Below, in pieces: positions 12,170-23,845 of a stretch of 64,000 bases of DNA. This DNA comes from Ostrea edulis (lineage: Eukaryota). Under the pieces are notes generated by a model. That model saw only the letters and a program-made list of their open reading frames with translations, searched no databases and had not been told where the DNA came from. The stretch covers positions 103,726,001 through 103,790,000 of the forward strand of contig NC_079165.1 in assembly GCF_947568905.1 (NCBI RefSeq), written 5' to 3'. The position numbers and the translations under genes are program-made. The first letter of the stretch is position 1; each line of letters starts with the position of its first letter.

Positions 12170-12588
12170 TGTGACGAATTCGTTGGGTCGTCCGAAAAAC
12201 GTTTTTTATTTAGTTAATAGTGATTACATCCGGTTTGAACATTCAGACATTTTTTCTTATGCACCGAGGACAGACTCATGGAGTCATTTTTCCTAAAACA
12301 GCGTCTGGGACGCTTTCCATGGATATTGCGGTAAAGAGGGGCAGCGATGTATGTTCATTCTATTTATTTTTATGCTATTTGAATTATATATTTTCTAAAA
12401 TTCTATTTTTTCTAAAGTAAATGTGAAATTCTGAATTTATTAAGTCTACTATTCTGATATATGTGTGAGCAGAATTTGTTTATATGTATTTCAGTTTGTT
12501 ACCGTAATTACTGCTACATGAATAAAGAGGTAAAACTGCTGGGCGTTTTTTTACTGACGAAACAGAGAGCTGTGGCAGAACACCAACA
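12170..12588 (+). repeat. 3' LTR of the BEL/Pao element
   Basis: Begins TGTGACG directly after the PPT, contains AATAAA, ends ..aaca (12582 or 12588). Confidence 0.88.
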
Positions 12589-15500
12589 GCATATCAAGTT
12601 TATCTGAATAAATCCTTAGTGTACATTTTAAGTGCAAAAAGGTGAAGTTTAATACACTGTAGCTCAATAACTAACACTATGATCCCAATTTTTTCATTAG
12701 GATTTTATAATTGTCCCTCAATGTAGAAATGAATACTATTTACTTCCCAAAATTTTGACAACTCTATAAAACTCAGGTGCGAACCATTTTCATGGTACGT
12801 CAGAAAAATTGGCATTCCCTTTACATTATACCTAGGGCATTGTTACATAGAGTTGAGTCATACGAAAAAAAAATATGCTTTTTAACAAATATTACTTTAA
12901 GTGGACTTATACTTTAAACGTTATAGTCACGACGAGCCTGTCCTAAAGTTTCATTTCAAAATCTTCATTTTGAAAAGCAAAGAATTTTGGCAAACTCACA
13001 TTGAAGTATATTTCGAAGCGTAATTTCATTAAAAAAGAAGTCTGTTTGGTCCACTCACGTATCTTACTACACAAACATCTGACAACACCCGTTCGAGGTC
13101 AAGTCGAAGCGACTATTTTATTATCAAATGAAAGAGACCTTAAAGGGGCACAGCCACAATTTGGTCAGAAAATTTTCAAATTTTAATTATCAAATTTTAT
13201 TGGTCACAATGCATTACATACGGTATATTTTCAAAAGTCATTTAAAATCTACATATCAGTTGTCATTTTCCATGCACATTATAGATGTCACAATTAATTG
13301 TTATGTAAACTATGGCTACTGCTTTGGTGCCTTTCTTTGTTTAAAAATAAATTTTGCATGCTTTACGTCCCATCAAGAATTTTTCACTCATATTGAGACG
13401 TCATCAGCTGTAGGTGAAGCACTACAAAGTTAGACACATGTTTATCTCTACAGAATCACATTCAATGGGGGGGGGTCAACTTTTCTTACATTTTACTTAT
13501 TCTTAACGTTTAGTATAAAACCTTTCTCCGAGGAATAAGTTGATTCCTGATGGAAATCGTAGATCTAGAGTTTTTCTTTTCATTACAATCGAAATATTAT
13601 ATATTTTCACATAACCAAAAGGATATCTATATTTGTGCATCATATGTGTTTTCCTGTTTACAAATGTAGTCCCATTTCCCTGTCTGTCTTAGATCTGCAA
13701 TGTTTTCTTAATGCTACTTTGTATTCCTTCAGAAGTTATGAGATTGGTCAATGTTCGTTATGTTCATCCTTTCATGCTACAGATTATCACCATTTCATCA
13801 CAATTACTTTACTGTGCTATTTTATCAAAACAAGTCAACATGTGTGTTGTAAACAGTGCATGTTTTAAATTGTTTTCCGCCCCTTTTGAGAATTTTTAAC
13901 TCATGTTGAGACGTCACTAGCTTGAGGGAAATTGTCATGCATACGGCTCAAGGCGGACGTGATTGGGATTTTCCGTTTTATGATCATATTCTAAAGACTT
14001 GTTTAGACCGATACAATCATCTTTTGAATTGAAAACTTTCCCATTTACCTTAGATGACGAAATGCAGTTTTAGTGAAAAGCAATTTCAACAAATATTTAA
14101 TACATGCTAGGTTTCAGCCACAGTACTGAACGACAGTCTTGCGCTACCCTACTCTCAACTAAACTATAAATTTTCATTATTGTGTTGAAAGGAAATCAGC
14201 CTTATTCGTATCAAATGGGATGAAAAACTATTTGAACCAAGAAGCTCTTCTTAAAAAGTAACAGTACATATTTATCAGAGAAATTGGACAAATGGAATAG
14301 TGAGCTAGCCAGTGGTCTAATCCCGAATAATGTGATTTTGTCTCTGTATATTGTAACAGGTTTGTTGGGAAATTCTACAGTGATTCTGATTTATGGATTT
14401 AAGATGAGAGGAAACAAGGAGGAGAAATACTTTATTCCATTCCTTGCTACGGCGGATCTATGTGGTTCATTGGTTTGCGCTTCTTTTGGAATCGCCCTCA
14501 ACATGATGCAGGTGAAGTTCAACAACACGCACCTGTGTAAAGCTTGGTGTTTCTTTGCAGTGATCATTACTTTAACTTCCATCTTCTTTCTTTTGATCAT
14601 TGCCGTACACAGGTATCTCAAAGTCTGTAGACCTCCTGGAAAACAAATGACTTTGAAATGGAAAAGATTTGCTTTAGGTTTGGGTTTGTTTGTAGCATTT
14701 TTACATGCTGTACCTATGGTTCATTTTTATGGATCAGTTCCCTTTCCTAATGATGAGGAGGGGATCGTTGGACTACGGTGTAGCAGGCTGAAAACCATCA
14801 ACAAAACAGGCTCTTTGATTTTTGGAGGAGTCATAGTTCTCATAATATTTGCATGCATTATTACGCTAATTTGTCTCTATTCGAAAATTGGATACACTAT
14901 TCTTGCACACTTCAAATTTTTTAGATCCCCATGCAAACCTGATACCAGTTCGGACGCAGAAAAACCCCGCAACATCAATCCCTTTCAGGTTACAATACCA
15001 AGCAGCAACGGCCCCCTTAGTGACACAAAAAATGGAATCTACGATATCGAAAACATTGAATTATGCGAATCGTTACATCCTCAGACATCTTTAAAGACAA
15101 AAAGGAAAACTATTACAACAAAACCAAAACTTGAAGGAACAGTGAATCCTCATATGTCAAGTTCAAAGCGGAGAAAAGAAAGAAACAACCAGAGAATTGT
15201 ACACAAATTCACGCTGATGTTTATGCTCATCACGATAATCTTCCTCATTTGTTACATCCCAAAGGCTATAATCATGTTACTAGAGGCCTGGAACCCGAAG
15301 TTCTGGGAGGAGTTTTCAGATTCTGCTAGAGCTGGTGTGCTGTTTGTGTATAGGATGTACATCATAAACAATATTACTAATCCAATCATTTATGCATTCC
15401 TGGACGAGCAGTTTGCTAAAGAAATCAATACGCTAATTAAAGTATGTAAATAAAGTACCATGGGGTCATTTTTACATTATTTTGTGAAATATTATATTTC

Positions 15501-17787
15501 TTAGACTTTTATGAAATAAGAAATATACTTGACGTCGCAAAAAAGTGTCTCCATCCTATCATATGTCATCATATTGCAAGTAACTACATATATACATATG
15601 CATGAAAGTAATTGTACAGAACATAGGATTTTCAATTCTTTTGTAAAAAGAATATATTATTTATCTTTGCTTAATACTGGAACATTTTATTTTTAAACCC
15701 GGATGTTTTGATCGCTATCTCTGTCTTTACAAGAGTTTGAATTTGGTCGTTCCTCTTGGATTACTGTGTACCCATGCTTGTAACCTTATATTTGTTAAAC
15801 TGATTAAATAGGGCAAGATCAAATCTATCAAAATAGCACATAAGGTCCGTGACATAGTCTGTCGAAAACATAATTTGCTAGAATATACGTTTATGTTTAG
15901 TTAGAAACATATGCACCATCATGCGGATTTCTTTCTTTGTGCTTTATTTTCCATTCGAATATTGTTGACTCATATAGAGACGTCACCTGATTTACATGAA
16001 GTTACCAAAAAAAAATCTGGATCTCGAGGTCGTAGGAGGTTTTTTTATCGTATCAATGCCTATATTATACCAATACGTCATGATTAAGTGATCAGACCAC
16101 ATGTTGCAAATATTCAGTTATGAACGCCAAAACTTAAACAATGGGCGTTTTAAGAGGCTACTTAGAATAACTGTCATGATTTTGGTAATATTTTCCACGT
16201 ATTGATACTTGTAGTTTTGAATTTGAATACCCACAGATAGTGTAGTTCCATACAAAGAAATAAAATAAGAAAGTATAATTTTTTTCTTGGACGAGGAAGA
16301 CGATTTCCGACTCCATTCATAGAGTCCATGTATATTCTGCTGTGAGCTGTTAACATTGACCCAATTTTCGCCCGCTGTAGTAATATAAAGAAACTGATAC
16401 ATTTACATACACGTGCACAGTAGCGCGAGAAACGTTAGTTTATCACGTAGAAGTAAGTTACTATGTACAGTACAAGACAAGAATAAGTCATTCTGGTCTC
16501 GTTTTTCCACCACAAAATTATCTCACGAAGTCTAGTTTCTTTTCTGCCTGCTATCTTAAATAAACCACAAAAATTAGATCAAGAAACACTGAAATAGATA
16601 ATAGTGTTTTGTATCAGACATTTTCTCTGGGAAATTACTTTTCACCAAGGAGTGTTTGTGTTTTAGATTATTTTCTACTCATTGGTTAAGTATAATTAGA
16701 TATTTGTAGGAATCTTTTACGTGTAAATATGTGTATCTAAGTAGCAGTATTGAGCTCAAAATACGAAGTTTTCCACAAAGTCTCGGTAATTAAGAATTTT
16801 TGAAATTGACGTGAATTAGAACTGGTCTATCAGAAAACACAAATACCTATGCGTTTTCGAAATTATGAAATAAGAGACAATCCCTGATGAACCTTTCATG
16901 AGATTATGAAAATAGAGGAATAGGTATCTGAATACAGTACTTTTGTGTGAATAACATCAATTCGTAATTCAGGCATTGCTTAAAAGGGCTCAATATGACA
17001 GTATGTAGTAGACTTCTGTTTGCATGTCTGTGTGTATGTGTATATTGTATGTCATTGGTATTCACATGTCTGTGTTTACATTGTATATGATTACTATTCA
17101 CATTTATATTCCGAAATTTTGAAATAGAAAAACCCGTATACAAGCAAAATACTTTGATATTCCGTAGCTCAGTTTTTGTGATTGGATAATCATTGAAATG
17201 TTTAATGAAAAACAAAACATTTTAAGTAAATATGTCATTTACCAAACTAATGACGCAATAAAAGTTCAAACAAAATGACATAATAGACCAATATTTCGTG
17301 AATTTTCAGTTTGTTCTTCCTTTTCTGTTGCCGTCAATATTCAGTTGATGGATCTTGGTGGTCTAAAGATAAATATGTAAATCAAAATAGATTTGAAGGT
17401 CTGGAATGATATTATTATTATTATTATTTGCAAAAACGTTTATTAATAATTAATAACCCTATTGTTAACATTTTCCCCAATGAATATATGGAGGATCCGT
17501 TCTCCGAACTCCCCCGCGGCAACACTGGGTACTCTCCTAGATCTCAAGTTTATACGTCATTTTATTAAGATGATTTTGATGTAAAGCATCTACAGACATG
17601 TACTCGGCCGCTAAGATTTTAGATATTCTACACTCCTTCCAAAGAAACAAACGGAAAATTTTATTTTAAAATGAAAACAAAATTATATATTAGATAACAA
17701 TTCAATTTTTGAATACCCACTTTAAAAACAAGCATCACTACTATGATTTATGTAAGAGCACTTAAGATTTATATATATTATTTAGTG

Positions 17788-17790
<3 letters not shown>
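12393..17790 (+). repeat. Tandem segmental duplication, unit 1 (~5.4 kb)
   Basis: Collinear with 17841-23240, from the distal half of the 3' LTR through the GPCR to ..gtaagagcacttaagat. Confidence 0.95.
14260..15453 (+). CDS. Intronless rhodopsin-like (class A) orphan GPCR, copy 1; start codon apparently lost
   Basis: Seven hydrophobic segments with GN (TM1), LATAD (TM2), HRY, CYIP (TM6) and NPIIY (TM7). The reading frame is open from an in-frame TGA at 14233, but there is no ATG before TM1. Confidence 0.85.
   Translation, partial: NSTYLSEKLDKWNSELASGLIPNNVILSLYIVTGLLGNSTVILIYGFKMRGNKEEKYFIPFLATADLCGSLVCASFGIALNMMQVKFNNTHLCKAWCFFAVIITLTSIFFLLIIAVHRYLKVCRPPGKQMTLKWKRFALGLGLFVAFLHAVPMVHFYGSVPFPNDEEGIVGLRCSRLKTINKTGSLIFGGVIVLIIFACIITLICLYSKIGYTILAHFKFFRSPCKPDTSSDAEKPRNINPFQVTIPSSNGPLSDTKNGIYDIENIELCESLHPQTSLKTKRKTITTKPKLEGTVNPHMSSSKRRKERNNQRIVHKFTLMFMLITIIFLICYIPKAIIMLLEAWNPKFWEEFSDSARAGVLFVYRMYIINNITNPIIYAFLDEQFAKEINTLIKVCK

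Positions 17791-17840
<50 letters not shown>
17790..17840 (+). repeat. (TA)n microsatellite at the duplication junction
   Basis: Direct reading. Confidence 0.95.
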
Positions 17841-17843
<3 letters not shown>

Positions 17844-20800
17844 TAAAATTCTATTTTTTCTAAAGTAAATGTGAAATTCTGAATTTATTAAGTCTACTAT
17901 TCTGATATATGTGTGAGCAGAATTTGTGTATATGTATTTCAGTTTGTTACCGTAATTACTGCTACATGAATAAAGAGGTAAAACTGCTGGGCGTTTTCTT
18001 ACTGACGAAACAGAGAGCTGTGGCAGAACACCAACAGCATATCAAGTTTATCTGAATAAATCCTTAGTGTACATTTTAAGTGCAAAAAGGTGAAGTTTTA
18101 CACACTGTAGCTCAATAACTAACACTATGATCCCAATTTTTTCATTAGGATTTTATAATTGTCCCTCAATGTAGAAATGAATACTATTTACTTCCCAAAA
18201 TCTTGACAATTCTATAAAACTCAGGTGCGAACCATTTTCATGGTACGTCAGAAAAATTGGCATTCCCTTTACATTATACCTAGGGCATTGTTACATAGAG
18301 TTGAGTCATACGGAAAAAAAATATGCTTTTTAACAAATATTACTTTAAGTGGACTTATACTTTAAACGTTATAGTCACGACGGGCCTGTACTAAAGTTTC
18401 ATTTCAAAATCTTCATTTTGAAAAGCAAAGAATTTTGGCAAACTCACATTGAAGTATATTTCGAAGCGTAATTTCATTAAAAAAGAAGTCTGTTTGGTCC
18501 ACTCACGTATCTTACTACACAAACATCTGACAACACCCGTTCGAGGTCAAGTTGAAGCGACTATTTTATTATCAAATAAAAGAGACCTTAAAGGGGCACA
18601 GCCACAATTTGGTCAGAAAATTTTCAAATTTTAATTAACAAATTTTATTGGTCACAATGCATTACATAGGGTATATTTTCAAAAGTCATTTAAAATCTAC
18701 ATATCAGTTGTCATTTTCCATGCACATTATAGATGTTACAATTAATTGTTATATAAACTATGGCTACTGCTTTTGTGTCTTTATTTGTTTAAAAATAAAT
18801 GTTGCATGCTTTACGTCCCATCAAGAATTTTTCACTCATATTGAGACGTCATCAGCTGTAGGTGAAGCACTACAAAGTTAGACACATGTTTATCTCTACA
18901 GAATCACATTCAATGGGGGATCAACATTTCTTACATTTTACTTATTCTTAATGTTTAGTATAAAACCTTTCTCCGAGGAATAAGTTGATTCCTGATGGAA
19001 ATCGTAGAACTAGAGTTTTTCTTTTCATTACAAAGGACATATTATATATTTTTACATGACCAAAAGGATATTTATATTTGTGCATCATATGTGTTTTCCT
19101 GTTTACAAATGTAGTCCCATTTCCCTGTCTGTCTTAGATCTGCCATGTTTTATTAATGCTACTCTATATTCCTTCAGGAGTTATGAGATTGGTCACTGTT
19201 CGTTATGTTCATCCTTTCATGCTACAGATTATCACCATTTCATCACAATTACTTTACAGTGTTATTTTATCAAAACAAGTCAACATGTGTGTTGTAAACA
19301 GTGCATTTTTATATATATTTTTGAATTGCTTTCCGCCCCTTTTGAGAACTTTTAACACATGTTGAGACGTCACTAGCTTGAGGGAAATTGTCATGCATAC
19401 GGCTCAAGGCGGACGCGATTGGGATTTTCCGTTTTATGATCATATTCTAAAGACTTGTTTAGACCGATACAATCATCTTTTGAATTGAAAACTTTCCCAT
19501 TTACCTTAGATGACGAAATGCAGTTTTAGTGAAAAGCAATTTCAACAAATATTTAATACATACTAGGTTTCAGCCACAGTACTGAACGACAGTCTTGATC
19601 TACCCTACTCTCAACTAAACTATAAATTTTCATTATTGTGTTGAAAGGAAATCAGTCTTATTCATATCAAATGGGAGGAAAAACTATTTGAAGCAGGAAC
19701 CTATTATTACAAAGTAACGACGAAATGGAGAACAGTACGTATTTATCAGAGAAATTGGACAAATGGAATAGTCACCTAGCCAGTGGTCTAATCCCGAATA
19801 ATGTGATTTTGTCTCTGTATATTGTAACAGGTTTGTTGGGAAATTCTACAGTGATTCTGATTTATGGATTTAAGATGAAAGGAAACAAGGAGGAAAGATA
19901 CTTTATTCCATTCCTTGCCACGGCGGATCTATGTGGTTCATTGGTTTGCGCTTCTTTTGGAATCGCTCACAACATGATGCTGGCGAACTTCAACAACACG
20001 CACCTGTGTAAGGCCTGGTTGTTTTTTACAGCGATCATTACTTTAACTTCCATCTTCTTTCTTTTGATCATTGCCGTACACAGGTATCTCAAAGTCTGTA
20101 GACCTCTTGGAAAACAAATGACTTTGAAATGGAAAAGATTTGCTTTAGGTTTGGGTTTGTTTGTAGCATTTATACATGCGGTACCTATGGTTCATTTTTA
20201 TGGATCAGTTCCCTTTCCTAATGAGGAGGAGGGGATCGTTGGTCAACGGTGTAGCAGACTAAAAACCACCAACAAGACAGGGTCTTTCATCTTTGGAGGA
20301 GTCTTAGTCCTCATAACAGTTACAAGCATTATTACGCTAATTTGTCTGTATTCTAAAGTTGGATACACTATTCTTGCACACTTCAAATTTTCTAAATCCC
20401 CATGCAAACCTGATACCAGTTCGGACGCAGAAAAACCCCGCAACATCAATCCCTCTCAGGTTACAATTCCAAGCAGCAACGGTTCCCTTAGTGACACAGA
20501 AAATGGAATCTACGAGATGGAAAACATTGAATTATGCGAATCGTTACATCCCCAGAGATCTTTAAAGACAAAAAGGAAAACTATTACAACAAAACCAAAA
20601 CTTGAAGGAACAGTGAATCCTCATACGTCAAGTTCAAAGCGGAGAAAAGAAAGAAACAACCAGAGAATTGTACACAAATTCACTCTGATGTTTATGCTCA
20701 TCACGATAATTTTCCTCATGTGTTACATCCCAAAGGTTATCATCATGTTACTAGAGGCCAGGAACCCGAAGTTCTGGGAGGGGTTTTCAGATTCTGCCAG

Positions 20801-23240
20801 AGCTGGCGTGCTGTTTGTGTATAGGATGTACATCATAAACAATATCATTAATCCAATCATTTATGCATTCCTGGACGAACAGTTTGCTAAAGAAATCAAT
20901 ACGCTGATTAAAGTATGTAAATAAAGTACCATGAGGTCATTTTTACATTATTTTGGGAAATGTGATATTTCTTATACTTTTATGAAATAAGAAATATACT
21001 TGACGTCACCAAAAAGTGTCTCCATCCTATCATATGTCATCATGTTGCAAGTACCTACATATATACATATGCATGAAAGTAATTGTACAGAACATAGGAT
21101 TTTCAATTCTTTTGTAAAAAGAATATATTATTTATCTTTGCTTAATACTGGAACATTTTATTTTTAAACCCGGATGTTTTGATCGCTATCTCTGTCTTTA
21201 CAAGAGTTTGAATTTGGTCGTTCCTCTTGGATTACTGTGTACCCATGCTTGTAACCTTATATTTGTTAAACTGATTAAATAGGGCAAGATCAAATCTATC
21301 AAAATAGCACATAAGGTCCGTGACATAGTCTGTCGAAAACATAATTTGCTAGAATATACGTTTATGTTTAGTTAGAAACATATGCACCATCATGCGGATT
21401 TCTCTCTTTGTGCTTTATTTTCCATTCGAATATTGTTGACTCATATAGAGACGTCACCTGATTTACATGAAGTTACCAAAAAAAAATCTGGATCTCGAGG
21501 TCGTAGGAGGTTTTTTTTATCGTATCAATGCCTATATTATACCCATACGTCATGATTAAGTGATCAGACCACATGTTGCAAATATTCAGTTATGAACGCC
21601 AAAACTTAAACAATGGGCGTTTTAAGAGGCTACTTAGAATAACTGTCATGATTTTGGTAATATTTTCCACGTATTGATACTTGTAGTTTTGAATTTGAAT
21701 ACCCACAGATAGTGTAGTTCCATACAAAGAAATAAAATAAGAAAGTATAAATTTTTTCTTGGACGAGGAAGACGATTTCCGACTCCATTCATAGAGTCCA
21801 TGTATATTCTGCTGTGAGCTGTTAACATTGACCCAATTTTCGCCCGCTGTAGTAATATAAAGAAACTGATACATTTACATACACGTGCACAGTAGCGCGA
21901 GAAACGTTAGTTTATCACGTAGAAGTAAGTTACTATGTACAGTACAAGACAAGAATAAGTCATTCTGGTCTCGTTTTTCCACCACAAAATTATCTCACGA
22001 AGTCTAGTTTCTTTTCTGCCTGCTATCTTAAATAAACCACAAAAATTAGATCAAGAAACACTGAAATAGATAATAGTGTTTTGTATCAGACATTTTCTCT
22101 GGGAAATTACTTTTCACCAAGGAGTGTTTGTGTTTTAGATTATTTTCTACTCATTGGTTAAGTATAATTAGATATTTGTAGGAATCTTTTACGTGTAAAT
22201 ATGTGTATCTAAGTAGCAGTATTGAGCTCAAAATACGAAGTTTTCCACAAAGTCTCGGTAATTAAGAATTTTTGAAATTGACGTGAATTAGAACTGGTCT
22301 ATCAGAAAACACAAATATCTATGCGTTTTCGAAATTATGAAATAAGAGACAATCCCTGATGAACCTTTCATAAGATTATGAAAATAGAGGAATAGGTATC
22401 TGAATACAGTACTTTTGAGTGAATAACATCAATTCGTAATTCAGGCATTGCTTAAAAGGGCTCAATATGACAGTATGTAGAAGACTTCTGTTTGCATGTC
22501 TGTGTGTATGTGTATATTGTATGTCATTGGTATTCACATGTCTGTGTTTACATTGTATATGATTACTATTCACATTTATATTCCGAAATTTTGAAACAGA
22601 AAAACCCGTATACAAGCAAAAGACTTTGATATTCCGTAGCTCAGTTTTTGTGATTGGATAATCATTGAAATGTTTAATGAAAAACAAAACATTTTAAGTA
22701 AATATGTCATTTACCAAACTAATGACGCAATAAAAGTTCAAACAAAATGACATAATAGACCAATATTTCGTGAATTTTCAGTTTGTTCTTCCTTTTCTGT
22801 TGCCTTCAATATTCAGTTGATGGATCTTGGTGGTCTAAAGATAAATATGTTAATCAAAATAGATTTGAAGGTCTGGAATGATATTATTATTATTATTATT
22901 TGCAAAAACGTTTATTAATAATTAATAACCCTATTGTTAACATTTTCCCCAATGAATATATGGAGGATCCGTTCTCCGAACTCCCCGGCGGCACACTGGG
23001 TACTCTCCTAGATCTCAAGTTTATACGTCATTTTATTAAGATGATTTTGATGTAAAACATCTACAGAGATGTACTCGGCCGCTAAAATTTAGATATTCTA
23101 CACTCCTTCCAAAGAAAGAAACGGAAAATTTTATTTTAAAATGAAAACAAAATTATGTATTAGATAACAATTCAATTTTTGAATACCCACTTTAAAAACA
23201 AGCATCACTACTATGATTTATGTAAGAGCACTTAAGATAT
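17841..23240 (+). repeat. Tandem segmental duplication, unit 2
   Basis: Collinear with 12393-17790; ends in another (TA)n at ~23237-23265. Confidence 0.95.
19725..20924 (+). CDS. Intronless rhodopsin-like (class A) orphan GPCR, copy 2 (399 aa, intact)
   Basis: ATG start, N-glycosylation sequon NST, 7 TM segments, HRY, Cys in TM3 and ECL2, NPIIY motif. Confidence 0.93.
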   Translation: MENSTYLSEKLDKWNSHLASGLIPNNVILSLYIVTGLLGNSTVILIYGFKMKGNKEERYFIPFLATADLCGSLVCASFGIAHNMMLANFNNTHLCKAWLFFTAIITLTSIFFLLIIAVHRYLKVCRPLGKQMTLKWKRFALGLGLFVAFIHAVPMVHFYGSVPFPNEEEGIVGQRCSRLKTTNKTGSFIFGGVLVLITVTSIITLICLYSKVGYTILAHFKFSKSPCKPDTSSDAEKPRNINPSQVTIPSSNGSLSDTENGIYEMENIELCESLHPQRSLKTKRKTITTKPKLEGTVNPHTSSSKRRKERNNQRIVHKFTLMFMLITIIFLMCYIPKVIIMLLEARNPKFWEGFSDSARAGVLFVYRMYIINNIINPIIYAFLDEQFAKEINTLIKVCK

Positions 23241-23792
23241 AGATATATATATATATATATATATAAAAGATGTGTCCGGTTGATATTGCGGTAGAACTTA
23301 AAAATAAATCGTTTTAACCAAAGATCTTCAACTTACAAGTGGATATCGAGGAAAATCGAGGAAATTCAGAGAAACCATATGAAAAATACGGACCTCACCC
23401 AAATCCGTCTACGAAAATGAGGAGACAACAGCGTTATCAAACAAGATTGGATCAAGTTAAAAAACTGAAATATTCATTGATTCCCAAATCGCAGTATGTG
23501 TACTTGACGATTCTATTAGTTTTACACCAAATCAACGTTCAACATGGGACATTGCGGGGGCTTTCCTCCTTTGGATAATATATATTTGCAGCTGTAGCAT
23601 TTATAAATAATAATGTTTGTTTATGTAATTAATATCTGGAAACCCATAATTAGTTGCTTCTATAATTTAAACACGGCCATCCCGTGGAGGACTTCTTGTA
23701 AAAATCGTTGTAAAGGCTTCGTATAAAATTGTAAATCCATAATATTTCTTTCATAATGAATAAAAATGAAACATATTGCTTGCATTGATCAA

Positions 23793-23798
<6 letters not shown>

Positions 23799-23842
<44 letters not shown>
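23799..23842 (+). repeat. (TA)n microsatellite
   Basis: Direct reading. Confidence 0.95.

Positions 23843-23845
<3 letters not shown>

Larger units (their letters stand above)
5371..12588 (+). mobile_element. BEL/Pao LTR retrotransposon, near full length, inactivated
   Basis: Partial 5' LTR 5371-5642, gag-PR-RT-RH-IN domain order, polypurine tract gaggcggggag 12159-12169, and a 3' LTR starting TG at 12170. Confidence 0.93.

Noticed and set aside
16880-16915. ctgatga..gaaa as another hammerhead (also at ~22352)
   Set aside because: No stem II, stem III or stem I pairing around the core words.
16118-17215. Small ORFs conserved in both duplication units (also 13001-13899)
   Set aside because: Conservation simply reflects the recent duplication; AT-rich with no domain signatures.
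23339-23578. 79-aa ORF with protein-like composition
   Set aside because: No recognisable motif, GTG start, and no supporting neighbouring exons.
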